Assembly (NCBI GenBank): GCA_937976335.1
Contig: CALJRW010000035.1
Location: 308-64,307, forward strand
DNA: 64,000 bases
Source: an uncultured bacterium
GTDB taxonomy: Bacteria; Bdellovibrionota_C; UBA2361; CALJRW01
Direction: 5' to 3'
Shown: positions 30,948 to 40,700 of the stretch, in pieces
Numbering within the stretch: position 1 is the first letter of the stretch
How the letters are laid out: every line of letters starts with the position of its first letter
Notes under the pieces: generated by a model
The model's input: the letters and a program-made list of their open reading frames with translations, nothing else
Database searches by the model: none
What the model was told of the DNA's origin: nothing
Translations under genes and position numbers: made by a program

Positions 30948-30975
30948 CACTTACTCATCATGCTATACGTTACAT
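30917..30975 (+). mobile_element. attC-like integron cassette recombination site (59-base element)
   Basis: R'' TAATAAC, 5-nt spacer, L'' CGTAGATG, central GAG/CTC stem, L' CATCATG, 6-nt spacer, R' GTTACAT; 59 bp long with the extra base at L'' position 4. Confidence 0.7.
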
Positions 30976-30989
30976 GGGAGAAATAAAAA

Positions 30990-31463
30990 ATGATAACTGG
31001 AAGAAGCAGTTTTGTATTACTGACCATTATTTTTTTATCCAGCAACATTGCGCTTGCAAAAGGACCGTCAGTAGCTCTTAAAGGAGAAATTGAGAATTTA
31101 AAGCTAGATTCAAATGGCAGAAAAATAGAGCTTGCCTTTTCTGGTTCATTGAGATGGGTTCAATCTGCTCGTGCTTCCGATTGGATTTTTATGGAATTAT
31201 CTGCCCAACTGAAGAACTTTGAACTTAAATGGGACTCGGTAATGTGCGAGAGTAAAAATTCAAAAACCGAAACACCCTCCTTAGTAATGTCAGGCATGAA
31301 TAGTCGGAAAGATATTTTAGACTGCATAAGTCAGTATAAGGAAGTTTATATTGAAATTCCGATTACTCCAATGTTTGAGCTAAACTATAGAGGGCGAAAA
31401 ATTGAGAGTATTAAAGGTAATCTTAGCCTTCATTTTCAACCAATCGAAAATTATCCGTATTAA
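30990..31463 (+). CDS. Hypothetical exported protein (putative gene cassette 2)
   Basis: Starts 14 nt after GTTACAT with a GGGAG ribosome-binding site; signal peptide; followed by ATGTAAC at 31478-31484. Confidence 0.6.
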   Translation: MITGRSSFVLLTIIFLSSNIALAKGPSVALKGEIENLKLDSNGRKIELAFSGSLRWVQSARASDWIFMELSAQLKNFELKWDSVMCESKNSKTETPSLVMSGMNSRKDILDCISQYKEVYIEIPITPMFELNYRGRKIESIKGNLSLHFQPIENYPY

Positions 31464-31522
31464 AGCTATGAACTTTCATGTAACAGTTTGTGTGAGCTCA
31501 TGGCCAACAACGAGGAGAGCTC

Positions 31523-31942
31523 TTGTATAAATTTATAATCTTTATAATTATTCTGATTCATCCCATTCAATTACTTGCTGAGTGTAACTGCACATCAAGT
31601 TTTAGTGATAGAACTCCTAAGGTCAGCTTTATAGGTCGAGTTGTAGGAAAAACATCCCCAAAGAATTGGCCCGGGCCTGGACAAAAGTATACTGAAGGTA
31701 AATTTTGGGCCACTTTCGAAGTAGAAAGATTCACATCCTTCGACAAATTTAAAGATCAATCGATAGTAAAGCTTATAAAAAAACGAAAACGGGTTTTTGT
31801 TGACTCTGTAACAAAAGCTAATGATTGCAGAATTAAGTTTGAAGTTGGAAAAAGATATAACATAAATGTTAGTATATATGGTAAGATTGGAACTATGGAG
31901 AGATGGGGAACAAATGCATGTAATGCAAAGTTAGCTATGTAA
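31523..31942 (+). CDS. Exported protein with TIMP/NTR-like N-terminal CxC (putative gene cassette 3)
   Basis: GAGGAG ribosome-binding site, TTG start, signal peptide, then ECNC...SFIGRV...C..KFEVGKRY...C; the stop lies within ATGTAAC. Confidence 0.55.
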   Translation: MYKFIIFIIILIHPIQLLAECNCTSSFSDRTPKVSFIGRVVGKTSPKNWPGPGQKYTEGKFWATFEVERFTSFDKFKDQSIVKLIKKRKRVFVDSVTKANDCRIKFEVGKRYNINVSIYGKIGTMERWGTNACNAKLAM

Positions 31943-32229
31943 CAAAAGATTTGACTGCATTTGCTTGGCTCTGGGATCTAGCCTACAGCCTACATTTATA
32001 CCACCCAAGTCACTTTGTAGAACAAAATCAGTACTTTTTAACTTTTATGTAATAATTAAGCGTATTAAACGAGTTATTGCAGTGCTCATTAGTTAAATTC
32101 AGTTAGAGTGATAGGTGGCATATCAATTGAAGATTTATATGACAGAAAATTAGATAAGCAAGCAGTAGGCGAGCATTTAAGATCGATTATTGATAGTACA
32201 CAAAATATGTGACATAATTTTACAAGTTA

Positions 32230-32667
32230 ATGAAAAAGTTTAATTCGCTTACAAAAGGAATATTATTTTTTGTATTTCTCACTAGTGGCATCCAGTCGTT
32301 TCTATTTAAAAACCTTTCTATTCCTTCCTTAGAATTTAACTTTCCTTCTGCAGGGTGGATTCTAGTAGTATTAGTATTTTGTCTGCAATTGGCTTTTCTG
32401 ACAGGATTTGTTTTTGTTGCTAATAAATTATGTTCTTATGCCATAGATTCGTTGGGGATTTCATGGCCTAAATGGATAGATTCTATATTTGCTATATCTA
32501 ATTTTAAAGATTTTTGGCAAACTGCTGGTTTTTTAGTTCTTTCATCGGGCTTAGCTTTTTTCTTAACAGCTCCTTTTGTGGGCTGGTTCTCTTTTTTTGT
32601 AGGATTGTTTTTTATATCATTTGCTGTTTCAGTCTTATTCGGTGCATATCTTTCACGTCCAAAATGA
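32230..32667 (+). CDS. Hypothetical membrane protein
   Basis: About four TM segments; the ATG lies within GTTAATG. Confidence 0.5.
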   Translation: MKKFNSLTKGILFFVFLTSGIQSFLFKNLSIPSLEFNFPSAGWILVVLVFCLQLAFLTGFVFVANKLCSYAIDSLGISWPKWIDSIFAISNFKDFWQTAGFLVLSSGLAFFLTAPFVGWFSFFVGLFFISFAVSVLFGAYLSRPK

Positions 32668-33176
32668 AACATCATCAAGGGGTTATCCCAAGAATTACGA
32701 GCGGTTCTTGTCACTTAAAATTTAGTGAACCTTGGATGGGTAAGGTTATAATGAGCCTAAGCTCTACTGGAGATTTACACTTATCTGGTTATATGCAGCA
32801 CAGTGGAACGTGGGTTGCTGAAAGTATGCAACTAGATGGGATTAAACTTGAGGTAGATATAAACACACAATCAATAGAGAAGAAACTCAACGAAATTGCT
32901 AAAGCTGGCATTTTGAGTTCTCATTCAAGTATATCTCCAGTTGAAAATACTTGCGTAATAGGTGGTGCTATAGCTTATTTCGATGGTCATGTGGTTTCTT
33001 TTTGTGGAATTAGTACAGACTTTGGAGGTCTCAGTCGTTCTGCATTACTTTTATGCCTTACAGACCAATTTACAAGTGAAAAAATTCTCTTTGGCCCATC
33101 AATTGAAGAAAATGATGGTAAATATATTCTTCCAATGGGTCTAGAAATATTTAAGGTATGGAAAAATAGAAATTGA
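32664..33176 (+). CDS. Hypothetical protein
   Basis: In-frame ATG of ORF 32514..33176 overlaps the previous stop (ATGA); no recognisable motif. Confidence 0.4.
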   Translation: MKHHQGVIPRITSGSCHLKFSEPWMGKVIMSLSSTGDLHLSGYMQHSGTWVAESMQLDGIKLEVDINTQSIEKKLNEIAKAGILSSHSSISPVENTCVIGGAIAYFDGHVVSFCGISTDFGGLSRSALLLCLTDQFTSEKILFGPSIEENDGKYILPMGLEIFKVWKNRN

Positions 33177-33460
33177 TAAGTCTTTAAGAGCTTTCTTAAT
33201 TTGTGGATTGGGTATGGATTAGATTGGGGAGGTACGAATCAGTGTAGCACATCAAAGTAATTTCTCTATCAAAATCAGGAAAATATTAACTTCTAGTTAC
33301 TTTGCTATTAATATTAATAGTCACTCTAATGATAAAACTAGAGATAATTTTAGAACTTTTACTTACATAAATGAGAAGAAGCATCCGGTAGAAAGCCAGC
33401 TTTGTATTCATTTGAACCACTAATGAAGTTAGTTAGGGTATGAATAATGCGAATTAACCG

Positions 33461-35131
33461 TTATTTAAAAACTTCCCCGTACTCAACAACCGCATCCAAA
33501 ACTTTTTGATTCTCAGCTTTTTTTTCCTCTAACTCGATTTTCAACCTTTCAGCTAAAGAAAAATCCTTAATTTTAATTGCAGTCTTAAACAAACCTAACT
33601 GTCCTTCAAAATGCTCGTGATCAATTTTAAGTAATTTCTGATATGACAGTTTCGCTTTATCATAATTCCTTTCCTTAAATTCAAGTTCTCCTAGTAAATT
33701 CAGTGCTTCTTTATGTTCAGGATGAATCTCTAAGGTTCTTTCAAGCCAATTTCTTGCTTTCCACATGTCTTCTTGAAGGAAAAATAATTTTCCATATCCG
33801 AAAGCTGCATTTGAATTTTTTGGATATACATCAAGTGATTTTTTGAATTGGATTTCTGCATCTAAAAATTTTTCTTTATTTAAAAGATGAAATCCATAAT
33901 TAGATAGCATTTTAGTACTTTTTTTATAACTCTTAGTTTCATAATGAAATAAAGAATCGTTGTTATACCAAACTTGTGCATGTAAAATAGTTTTTAGTGA
34001 AAATACTATTAATAGTAGATTCATACAAATTTTAAACACTTTCAGTTCCAGCATTGTACTTAAAAGACAGGTAAGAAAGCCAATTATTCCAAGACTTGGA
34101 ACAAAAGCTAAATGCTCTCCAAATATTTTTTCAGTCGGCAAGATAATATTTGAAGTTAGTAAAAAAGAAATAAAAAATAAAATTGGGAAAAATGAGAATT
34201 TACTTTTTCTGTGTAGTGTGAAAGAAGTAATGGCTAAAAATATTAATACTATGGATAAATAAGAATACATTTCTGTATTCCAATTTAAAGCAATCTTATT
34301 AAATGAATAATCAGAACTGAGAATAAAAGGAAAAATTGTTAAAGCGATGTATTTACCTAAAAGTAAAAAAGCAAAGCAAAATCGTTCTGTAAAGTCTAAA
34401 AATGTAAGTGGATTGTTGATAAAACTAGATGAATCTTTAAGTTGTAAAAATAGTTTTGAATCTAGAGCATTGAATCTTAAAGCAAGATAAAGAAGTAATG
34501 TAAAAATTGTAAAACTTAAAAAAAGAATAATAGTATTTAACTGAAGTGGTTTTTTCTTAGTAAAAAAATAAAATAGTGGTAATATTAAAATGAAAACAAA
34601 GCCGCTTTCTTTACTTAAGAGAGATAGTAAAAGAAAAATAAATGTCCAAAAAAGTGTAGAGAGTTTATTTTTTTCAAAAGTTTTTTGAGCGCAGTAAATG
34701 AATGCTAAACCAAAGAAGGCACACAAACTTTCAGTTCTATACGAAATATTTGATACTACTTCAGTGTGTATTGGGTGAGCTACAAAAAGAAGGCTAATAT
34801 AAACAGCATATCTGCTATTTAAAAAATTAGATAACAAAAGGTAAACTAGCAGGCAACATAAGGCGTATAAAACTATATTTGTTAAATGGTAAGGAAGAGG
34901 GTCTAATTTATAATAATGATAAGTTAGTGCGTAGGTTAATGATGAAATTGGTCTATATAAGTTTCCAGGCCATGTTTTGCTTGAAAAAATTTTAGGAATA
35001 TCATTTAGTGTTTTGATATGAGTGCTTGAGTGAATATGGTGAAAGTCTTCAGCTGCAAATTGATGATCTAGAGTTTCAATATATAGGGCGAAACTAAGTA
35101 TAAAGATTAATATTGGGTAAAAAGATTTCAT
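33461..35131 (-). CDS. TMTC-like GT-C glycosyltransferase with C-terminal TPRs
   Basis: YRP, YHLTN, HPIHTEVVSNI, LLSKES, SSDYS and EH..FVPSLG, followed by TPR helices. Confidence 0.78.
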   Translation of the reverse strand: MKSFYPILIFILSFALYIETLDHQFAAEDFHHIHSSTHIKTLNDIPKIFSSKTWPGNLYRPISSLTYALTYHYYKLDPLPYHLTNIVLYALCCLLVYLLLSNFLNSRYAVYISLLFVAHPIHTEVVSNISYRTESLCAFFGLAFIYCAQKTFEKNKLSTLFWTFIFLLLSLLSKESGFVFILILPLFYFFTKKKPLQLNTIILFLSFTIFTLLLYLALRFNALDSKLFLQLKDSSSFINNPLTFLDFTERFCFAFLLLGKYIALTIFPFILSSDYSFNKIALNWNTEMYSYLSIVLIFLAITSFTLHRKSKFSFFPILFFISFLLTSNIILPTEKIFGEHLAFVPSLGIIGFLTCLLSTMLELKVFKICMNLLLIVFSLKTILHAQVWYNNDSLFHYETKSYKKSTKMLSNYGFHLLNKEKFLDAEIQFKKSLDVYPKNSNAAFGYGKLFFLQEDMWKARNWLERTLEIHPEHKEALNLLGELEFKERNYDKAKLSYQKLLKIDHEHFEGQLGLFKTAIKIKDFSLAERLKIELEEKKAENQKVLDAVVEYGEVFK

Positions 35132-35149
35132 GTAAAAAAAATTTAAGGA

Positions 35150-36211
35150 CTACTCATCATTTAAGTCTAAATTTTCTGACTCAGCAATTTCATTAACAGA
35201 TTGTTTTAACAATTCGTCAACTTGATCTTCTGGTACCTCACTTGGTAAAGAGTAACCCATTCTAAGTAAGAGAGAAGAATCTCTAGGTGTAAAGCCAGCA
35301 TGTTGCCATTGAATTGCAAGAAGAGGGGAAAAAAGAACGTCCATCCATGGTTTTGCATCTTCAGGGTGAAAGCCTGCAGAATGCCATTCAGAAACAATTA
35401 GAGGATCTTCTACGTTAAATGTTTTCCATAAACTAGCTTCCTTAACGCCTAGTTCAAATGCTCGCCAATAGCCTGCTTGTGTAGCATTGTATCCAGCTTC
35501 TTCCCATGCCTTTGCCTCAAGAGAATGAAAATCAGCCTCTTCAAAACTAATATCTTCTTTTACTTTTCCTGTTATTTGTAGGATGTCATGAGCTTGAGTT
35601 CTTAAAATTCCTGGTAAGGTTCTACATGAAAATCTTAAATGATCGTAGAAATTAGGATTAATTTTATCTTTATCTTTAAATAATTTAATAAATTCACTTG
35701 TTAATTCTAGATTTTGTTTTAAGTTTTCATCAATATATTCACTTATATTGTCAAGAGTATTGATTTTAAAAAAGTTGTTAAACTTTAAAATTCCTCTTAC
35801 ATAGTTATCTTTGGAATAAGCGCATTGTCCAAAAGAAGAGATAAGAAAAATTACATTTTCTTTTTCTTGGTAATAGTTTTCATTTAAAATGATAGCTTTA
35901 ATTTTATTCGCTTGATCTTTTAACTTTTCTTTTTCTGCTGCAAGATCGCTTAGTAAAGTCTTTTGTTGTTCGATTTTTTCAGCACTTTCGTCAGAGCTAA
36001 AGAGTAATTTTCCTTTGTACAAATCTTCTGTGTGCTTTCTAATATTTTGCAAAGCAATTTTAACATTTTTAATTCTTTCTTCATTAAAGTTTGAATCTTG
36101 GAGTTGTGAAAAAATATTTTGCTGAGCAAAAATTCCTTGAAAAAGTGCAGAATAATAGTTAAGTGTTCTGTGAGAGTATATGAGATATTTATTGTCTTTA
36201 GAATTGTTCAT
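35150..36211 (-). CDS. Hypothetical protein with C-terminal 13-residue Trp repeats
   Basis: Repeats such as WEEAGYNATQAGY, WHSAGFHPEDAKP and WQHAGFTPRDSSL. Confidence 0.65.
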   Translation of the reverse strand: MNNSKDNKYLIYSHRTLNYYSALFQGIFAQQNIFSQLQDSNFNEERIKNVKIALQNIRKHTEDLYKGKLLFSSDESAEKIEQQKTLLSDLAAEKEKLKDQANKIKAIILNENYYQEKENVIFLISSFGQCAYSKDNYVRGILKFNNFFKINTLDNISEYIDENLKQNLELTSEFIKLFKDKDKINPNFYDHLRFSCRTLPGILRTQAHDILQITGKVKEDISFEEADFHSLEAKAWEEAGYNATQAGYWRAFELGVKEASLWKTFNVEDPLIVSEWHSAGFHPEDAKPWMDVLFSPLLAIQWQHAGFTPRDSSLLLRMGYSLPSEVPEDQVDELLKQSVNEIAESENLDLNDE

Positions 36212-36265
36212 TTTTATATCTTATCCCTTCGGGGAGTTATAGAAAATTTAATTTCCATGTTAAAC

Positions 36266-36682
36266 TTAATTTTCATTTTTTACATTTTTTCTTAAGTTTT
36301 TTAAATTTCCCCTTTTTTTCTTTTCGTTTAGCATTTTTTCCTTTGCTCTTTTAGAGCGTTTTTTCTTCTGTCGTCTTATTTTTTCAATTTCTTGCTGTTT
36401 TTTGCTCTTTTCATTTTCCAGTTGTTCTTTTAGCTTTTCAATAAGTTTTTTTCTTGCATAATACCTATTAAAACCTTGAGAACGACTTTTCTGACATCTT
36501 ATCTCTATTCCACTTGTTTTGTGAACTAATTGAACGCAAGAAGACGTTTTATTTACTTTTTGACCTCCAGAACCAGAGCCAAGAATGAATTTTTCTTCCA
36601 AATCTTCTTCCTTTATTCCTAATCTGTTCATTTCTAAAAGGAGTTTTTTCTCTTTATCATCGCTAACAGGAAACTTTCCCAT
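36266..36682 (-). CDS. Peptide chain release factor-like ribosome rescue protein (ArfB/MTRFR-like)
   Basis: GSGSGGQKVNKTSSCVQL, CQKSRSQ..NR and a basic C-terminal tail. Confidence 0.85.
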   Translation of the reverse strand: MGKFPVSDDKEKKLLLEMNRLGIKEEDLEEKFILGSGSGGQKVNKTSSCVQLVHKTSGIEIRCQKSRSQGFNRYYARKKLIEKLKEQLENEKSKKQQEIEKIRRQKKKRSKRAKEKMLNEKKKRGNLKNLRKNVKNEN

Positions 36683-37229
36683 AGGTTTTTTCTCCTGTAA
36701 AGATAAGGTTCATTTTTTGATCATGCTTATCTACTGGTAAACATTCAAGAATTTGAGATTCATAGGCTAAGCCAACTTTAAGTGAGTCAGGATATTTTAA
36801 GAGCAATCTATCATAAAAACCAGCTCCATAACCTAATCGATTGAGTTTTTTATCAAATCCTAGAGCTGGGATAAAAAAAATATCAATTTTACCTTCATAT
36901 TTAATTTTATCTTTTGGAAATTTAAATCCTTTTGAAGATGTTGATAAGTCATTTAAGCTACTCAAAATTACTGGTGAAAGTTCATTTATAGAACCTCCTG
37001 GGCAAGTTGTTAGTATATTTTGAGAGAGGGTATATTTAATTATTTCTTCTGTGTTTACTTCGTCCTTCATTGATAAATAACAGTGTATAGATAGAGGTTT
37101 AACCTTATCGATAAGTTTCTTTGCTTGGTAGAAAATATCTAACTCTACGCTCTTAGACAGATTTTTAGCTCTTAAAGTTTTGAGTTTTTTTCTTAAAATA
37201 GCTTTTTCTTTAGAAGGATAATTTTTCAT
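36663..37229 (-). CDS. 5-formyltetrahydrofolate cyclo-ligase
   Basis: PALGFDKKLNRLGYGAGFYDR and LPVDKHD. Confidence 0.88.
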   Translation of the reverse strand: MKNYPSKEKAILRKKLKTLRAKNLSKSVELDIFYQAKKLIDKVKPLSIHCYLSMKDEVNTEEIIKYTLSQNILTTCPGGSINELSPVILSSLNDLSTSSKGFKFPKDKIKYEGKIDIFFIPALGFDKKLNRLGYGAGFYDRLLLKYPDSLKVGLAYESQILECLPVDKHDQKMNLIFTGEKTYGKVSC

Positions 37230-37406
37230 TTATTTAGTGCAGTAAATTTAACATCTTAAGTTTTAGTACGTAGCTAACCTTAGAATGACTTCAAAAATAT
37301 AAAGGAAGCATGAAAAATTTCAAAAATAAAAACTAGGTTATTCTACTAGTTTAAACAAAGAGTGGTAAATTTGAGAAAAAAATCTATAGACACGCATTAG
37401 ATTAAA

Positions 37407-37453
37407 AGTCTATATCTTGTAGTAGGGGAGATTTACAACACAAGATATTGTGG
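37407..37453. promoter_or_regulatory. Tandem NrdR boxes upstream of nrdAB
   Basis: AGTCTATATCTTGTAG (37407-37422) and ACACAAGATATTGTGG (37438-37453) match acaCwAtATaTwGtg, with starts 31 bp apart. Confidence 0.8.
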
Positions 37454-37528
37454 TTTTTTCCTTTTTTTAAGAGAATAAGCCTTTGGTTTATTTTATAACA
37501 TCGTTTTATTTTTATTCGAATTTGTTAT

Positions 37529-37577
37529 TGTGTTCTGGATACTGGGTTCTGGGTTTTGTGTTCCGGATACTGTGTTC
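37529..37577 (+). repeat. Degenerate heptamer tandem repeat in the nrdA leader
   Basis: TGTGTTC TGGATAC TGGGTTC TGGGTTT TGTGTTC CGGATAC TGTGTTC. Confidence 0.65.
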
Positions 37578-37723
37578 TGTTCCTGAGTGCTGTTTTGCTG
37601 GCATGTGCTACAGGCATCTACTGCTGGCACTTGTAGTCTTAGGACTAGGATTGGGGGCTAGGATCGGTTTAGAGCTATTTCAAATTAGATATAAAGATAT
37701 AACACATTCTGGAGTAATTTTAG

Positions 37724-40700
37724 ATGGATCAAGTCGGTAGTCAATCAGAAGTTTCAACTCAATTAAAAGAGAGCCAAAATTTAAAAAATGTTGAAAAAGT
37801 TAATACAAAAACTAAAGATCTTAATCCTAATATAACAGTAGTTAAACGTAATGGAATGCTTGTGCCATTTCGAAATGATAGAATTTTTCGTGCCATTGAA
37901 GCTGCATGGCGCGCAACAAAAAACGTTCCAGTGACAGAACAAATTTCTAAAGAAGATTATACTGCAATTCAAAACATTGCTTTTGAAGTTGTAAAAGAAG
38001 CAACTTCGATGGCTCTTAAAGGAGCTTGCCTTACAGTTGAGGGAATTCAAGACATAGTAGAAGTTAAGTTAATGGAAAGCGAAAAGTATGATGTCGCTAG
38101 AAACTATATAGTTTATAGAGATGAGCAAAAAGAAGTTAGAGATGATTCTGCTAGAAATTTAAAAATACTCAGAAGAGACGGAAAGAAGTTTGTTCGATTT
38201 AATCCTATGAAGATTGCTTCTGCAATTGAAAAAACAATTCGTGCTTCTAGAAAAATAGAAGGAAAATCTTCTAGAGAAATTATTGATACTGTTAATTTAT
38301 TAACAAATAAAGTTGTTGCTCAAGCTAGAGTGTTGGTTGCTGATGGTGAAACTTTAGAAATTGAACGTATACAAGATGAAATTGAACGTCAGATGATGGC
38401 AGAAGGGTTTTATCAGGAAGCTAAAGACTTTATTTTATATAGAGCTGAACGATCTGCCTTAAGAACTTTAAATAAAGAAGATCGAGTTAAAGAAGAAGTT
38501 GTAGTTGCTAAAGAGGAAAGTGAAGTTCAAGAATTTAATGTGACTTCAAAAGAAGGTGTAGTTTCTAAAATAAAAGAAACAGACTTACGAGCGAGAGTTG
38601 ATTATGCCTGCGCAAATTTAAAAAATGTGTCAGCTGAAGAAGTTTATCAAGATGTAATTAAGAATTTTTATGAAGGAATTAAAGAAGACGAAATTGATCA
38701 AGCGTATATCATGTCTGCAAGATCAAAAGTTGAGACGGAGCCTAGTTATTCTTCAGTAACTGCTAGAATTCTTCTTGATATTATTTATAAAGAAACGTTT
38801 GGCGTTCCTGCTTGGGCAGAAAACGTAGAAGAGTCTCATAGAGAGTACTTTAAAAAGTATATTGAGAAGGGAATAGAGTACAAAAGACTTACCCCAGAAC
38901 TTCGCGACTTTGATCTTAATGAATTAGCTGAAGCTTTAGATATGAAGAGAGATTTAGATTTTACCTATCTCGGAATTCAAACCATTTACGATCGTTATTT
39001 AATTCATGAAAATGATGTTAAAATTGAAACTCCACAAATCTTTTGGATGAGAGTGGCAATGGGATTAAGTTTAGGAGAGGGAGAGCAAAAGAATAAACGC
39101 GCCATTGAGTTTTATGATACTTTATCTCAGTTTAATTTTGTTTCAAGTACACCTACTTTGTTTAATTCAGGAACTTGTCATTCTCAAATGAGTTCATGTT
39201 ATTTGTCGACAACAAATGACGATCTTTCTCATATTTTTAAAGTGATTTCTGATGATGCTCAGCTTTCAAAATGGGCTGGTGGTTTAGGAAACGACTGGAC
39301 TAATGTGCGAGCTACGGGGTCTGTTATAAAAGGTACAAACGGTAGATCTCAAGGTGTAATACCATTTCTTAAGGTAGCAAATGATACCGCAGTAGCAGTA
39401 AATCAGGGTGGTAAGAGAAAAGGTGCAATGTGCTCTTACTTAGAAACTTGGCATTTGGATATAGAAGATTTTCTTGAGTTAAGAAAAAATACTGGAGACG
39501 AAAGAAGAAGAACGCATGATATGAATACAGCCAATTGGATTCCAGATTTGTTTATGGAGAGAGTGGTTAATAATGGTAATTGGACGCTGTTTAGCCCAAG
39601 TGATGTTTCAGATTTACATGATAAATATGGTACAGATTTTCGTACTGCCTATGAAAAATATGAAAAAATGGCAGACTCTGGAGAGATTAAATTATTCAAA
39701 AGAGTTGAAGCAGTAACGATATGGAGAAAAATGTTAAGTATGCTCTTTGAGACTGGACACCCATGGATTACATTCAAAGACCCATCTAACATTCGTTCGC
39801 CGCAAGATCATGCAGGTGTTGTTCATAGTTCTAATTTGTGTACTGAAATTTTACTAAACACTTCTGAATCAGAAACTGCAGTTTGTAATCTTGGTTCGAT
39901 AAATTTAGTTAAGCATACTGATGAAAATGGTTTAAATAGAGAAAAAGTTGAAAAAACTGTTAGAACTGCAATGCGTATGCTTGATAACGTTATAGATATT
40001 AATTTTTATCCAACTCCAGAAGCTGAAAATTCTAATATGAAGCATAGGCCTGTAGGTTTAGGATTAATGGGATTTCAAGATGCCTTGTATATTCAAGACT
40101 ATAGTTATGCAAGTCCTGAAGCTGTTCGTTTTGCAGATGAATCTCAAGAGCTAATTTCTTATTATGCAATTTTAGCCTCATCTGATCTTGCAAAAGAAAG
40201 AGGTGCATATCCTTCATACAAAGGTTCTAAATGGGATAGAGGACTTCTTCCAATTGATACTATTGCTCTCTTAGAAGAAGAGCGAGGAGGAGGATACCTT
40301 GATGTTGATTCAACAGCTTCTTTGGATTGGACTTTGGTGAGAAAGGCAATTAAAGAAAATGGAATGCGAAATAGTAACACTATGGCAATTGCGCCTACTG
40401 CGACAATTGCAAATATCACGGGTCTTACTCAATCAATAGAGCCTACTTACAAACATTTATTTGCTAAGTCTAACCTCTCAGGGGAGTTTGTTGTTGTTAA
40501 TACATATTTAGTGGATAAACTTAAGTCTCTTGGTATTTGGGATGAAGAAATGGTGGACGATCTAAAGTATTTTGATGGATCTTTATTAGAGATAGAAAGA
40601 ATTCCTGAGAATGTTAAAAAGGTCTACCTTACTGCATTTGAAATTGAGCCGGAGTGGATTATTGAGTGTGCAAGTAGAAGACAAAAGTGGATTGATATGG

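Noticed and set aside
37230-37400. 6S RNA, often found upstream of the 5-formyl-THF cyclo-ligase gene
   Set aside because: The region is very AT-rich, with no long irregular hairpin that I could identify.
37483-37740. 85-aa TTG-start ORF overlapping the nrdA start
   Set aside because: Its composition reflects the G/T-rich repeats and it has no ribosome-binding site; a leader peptide is not excluded but is unsupported.
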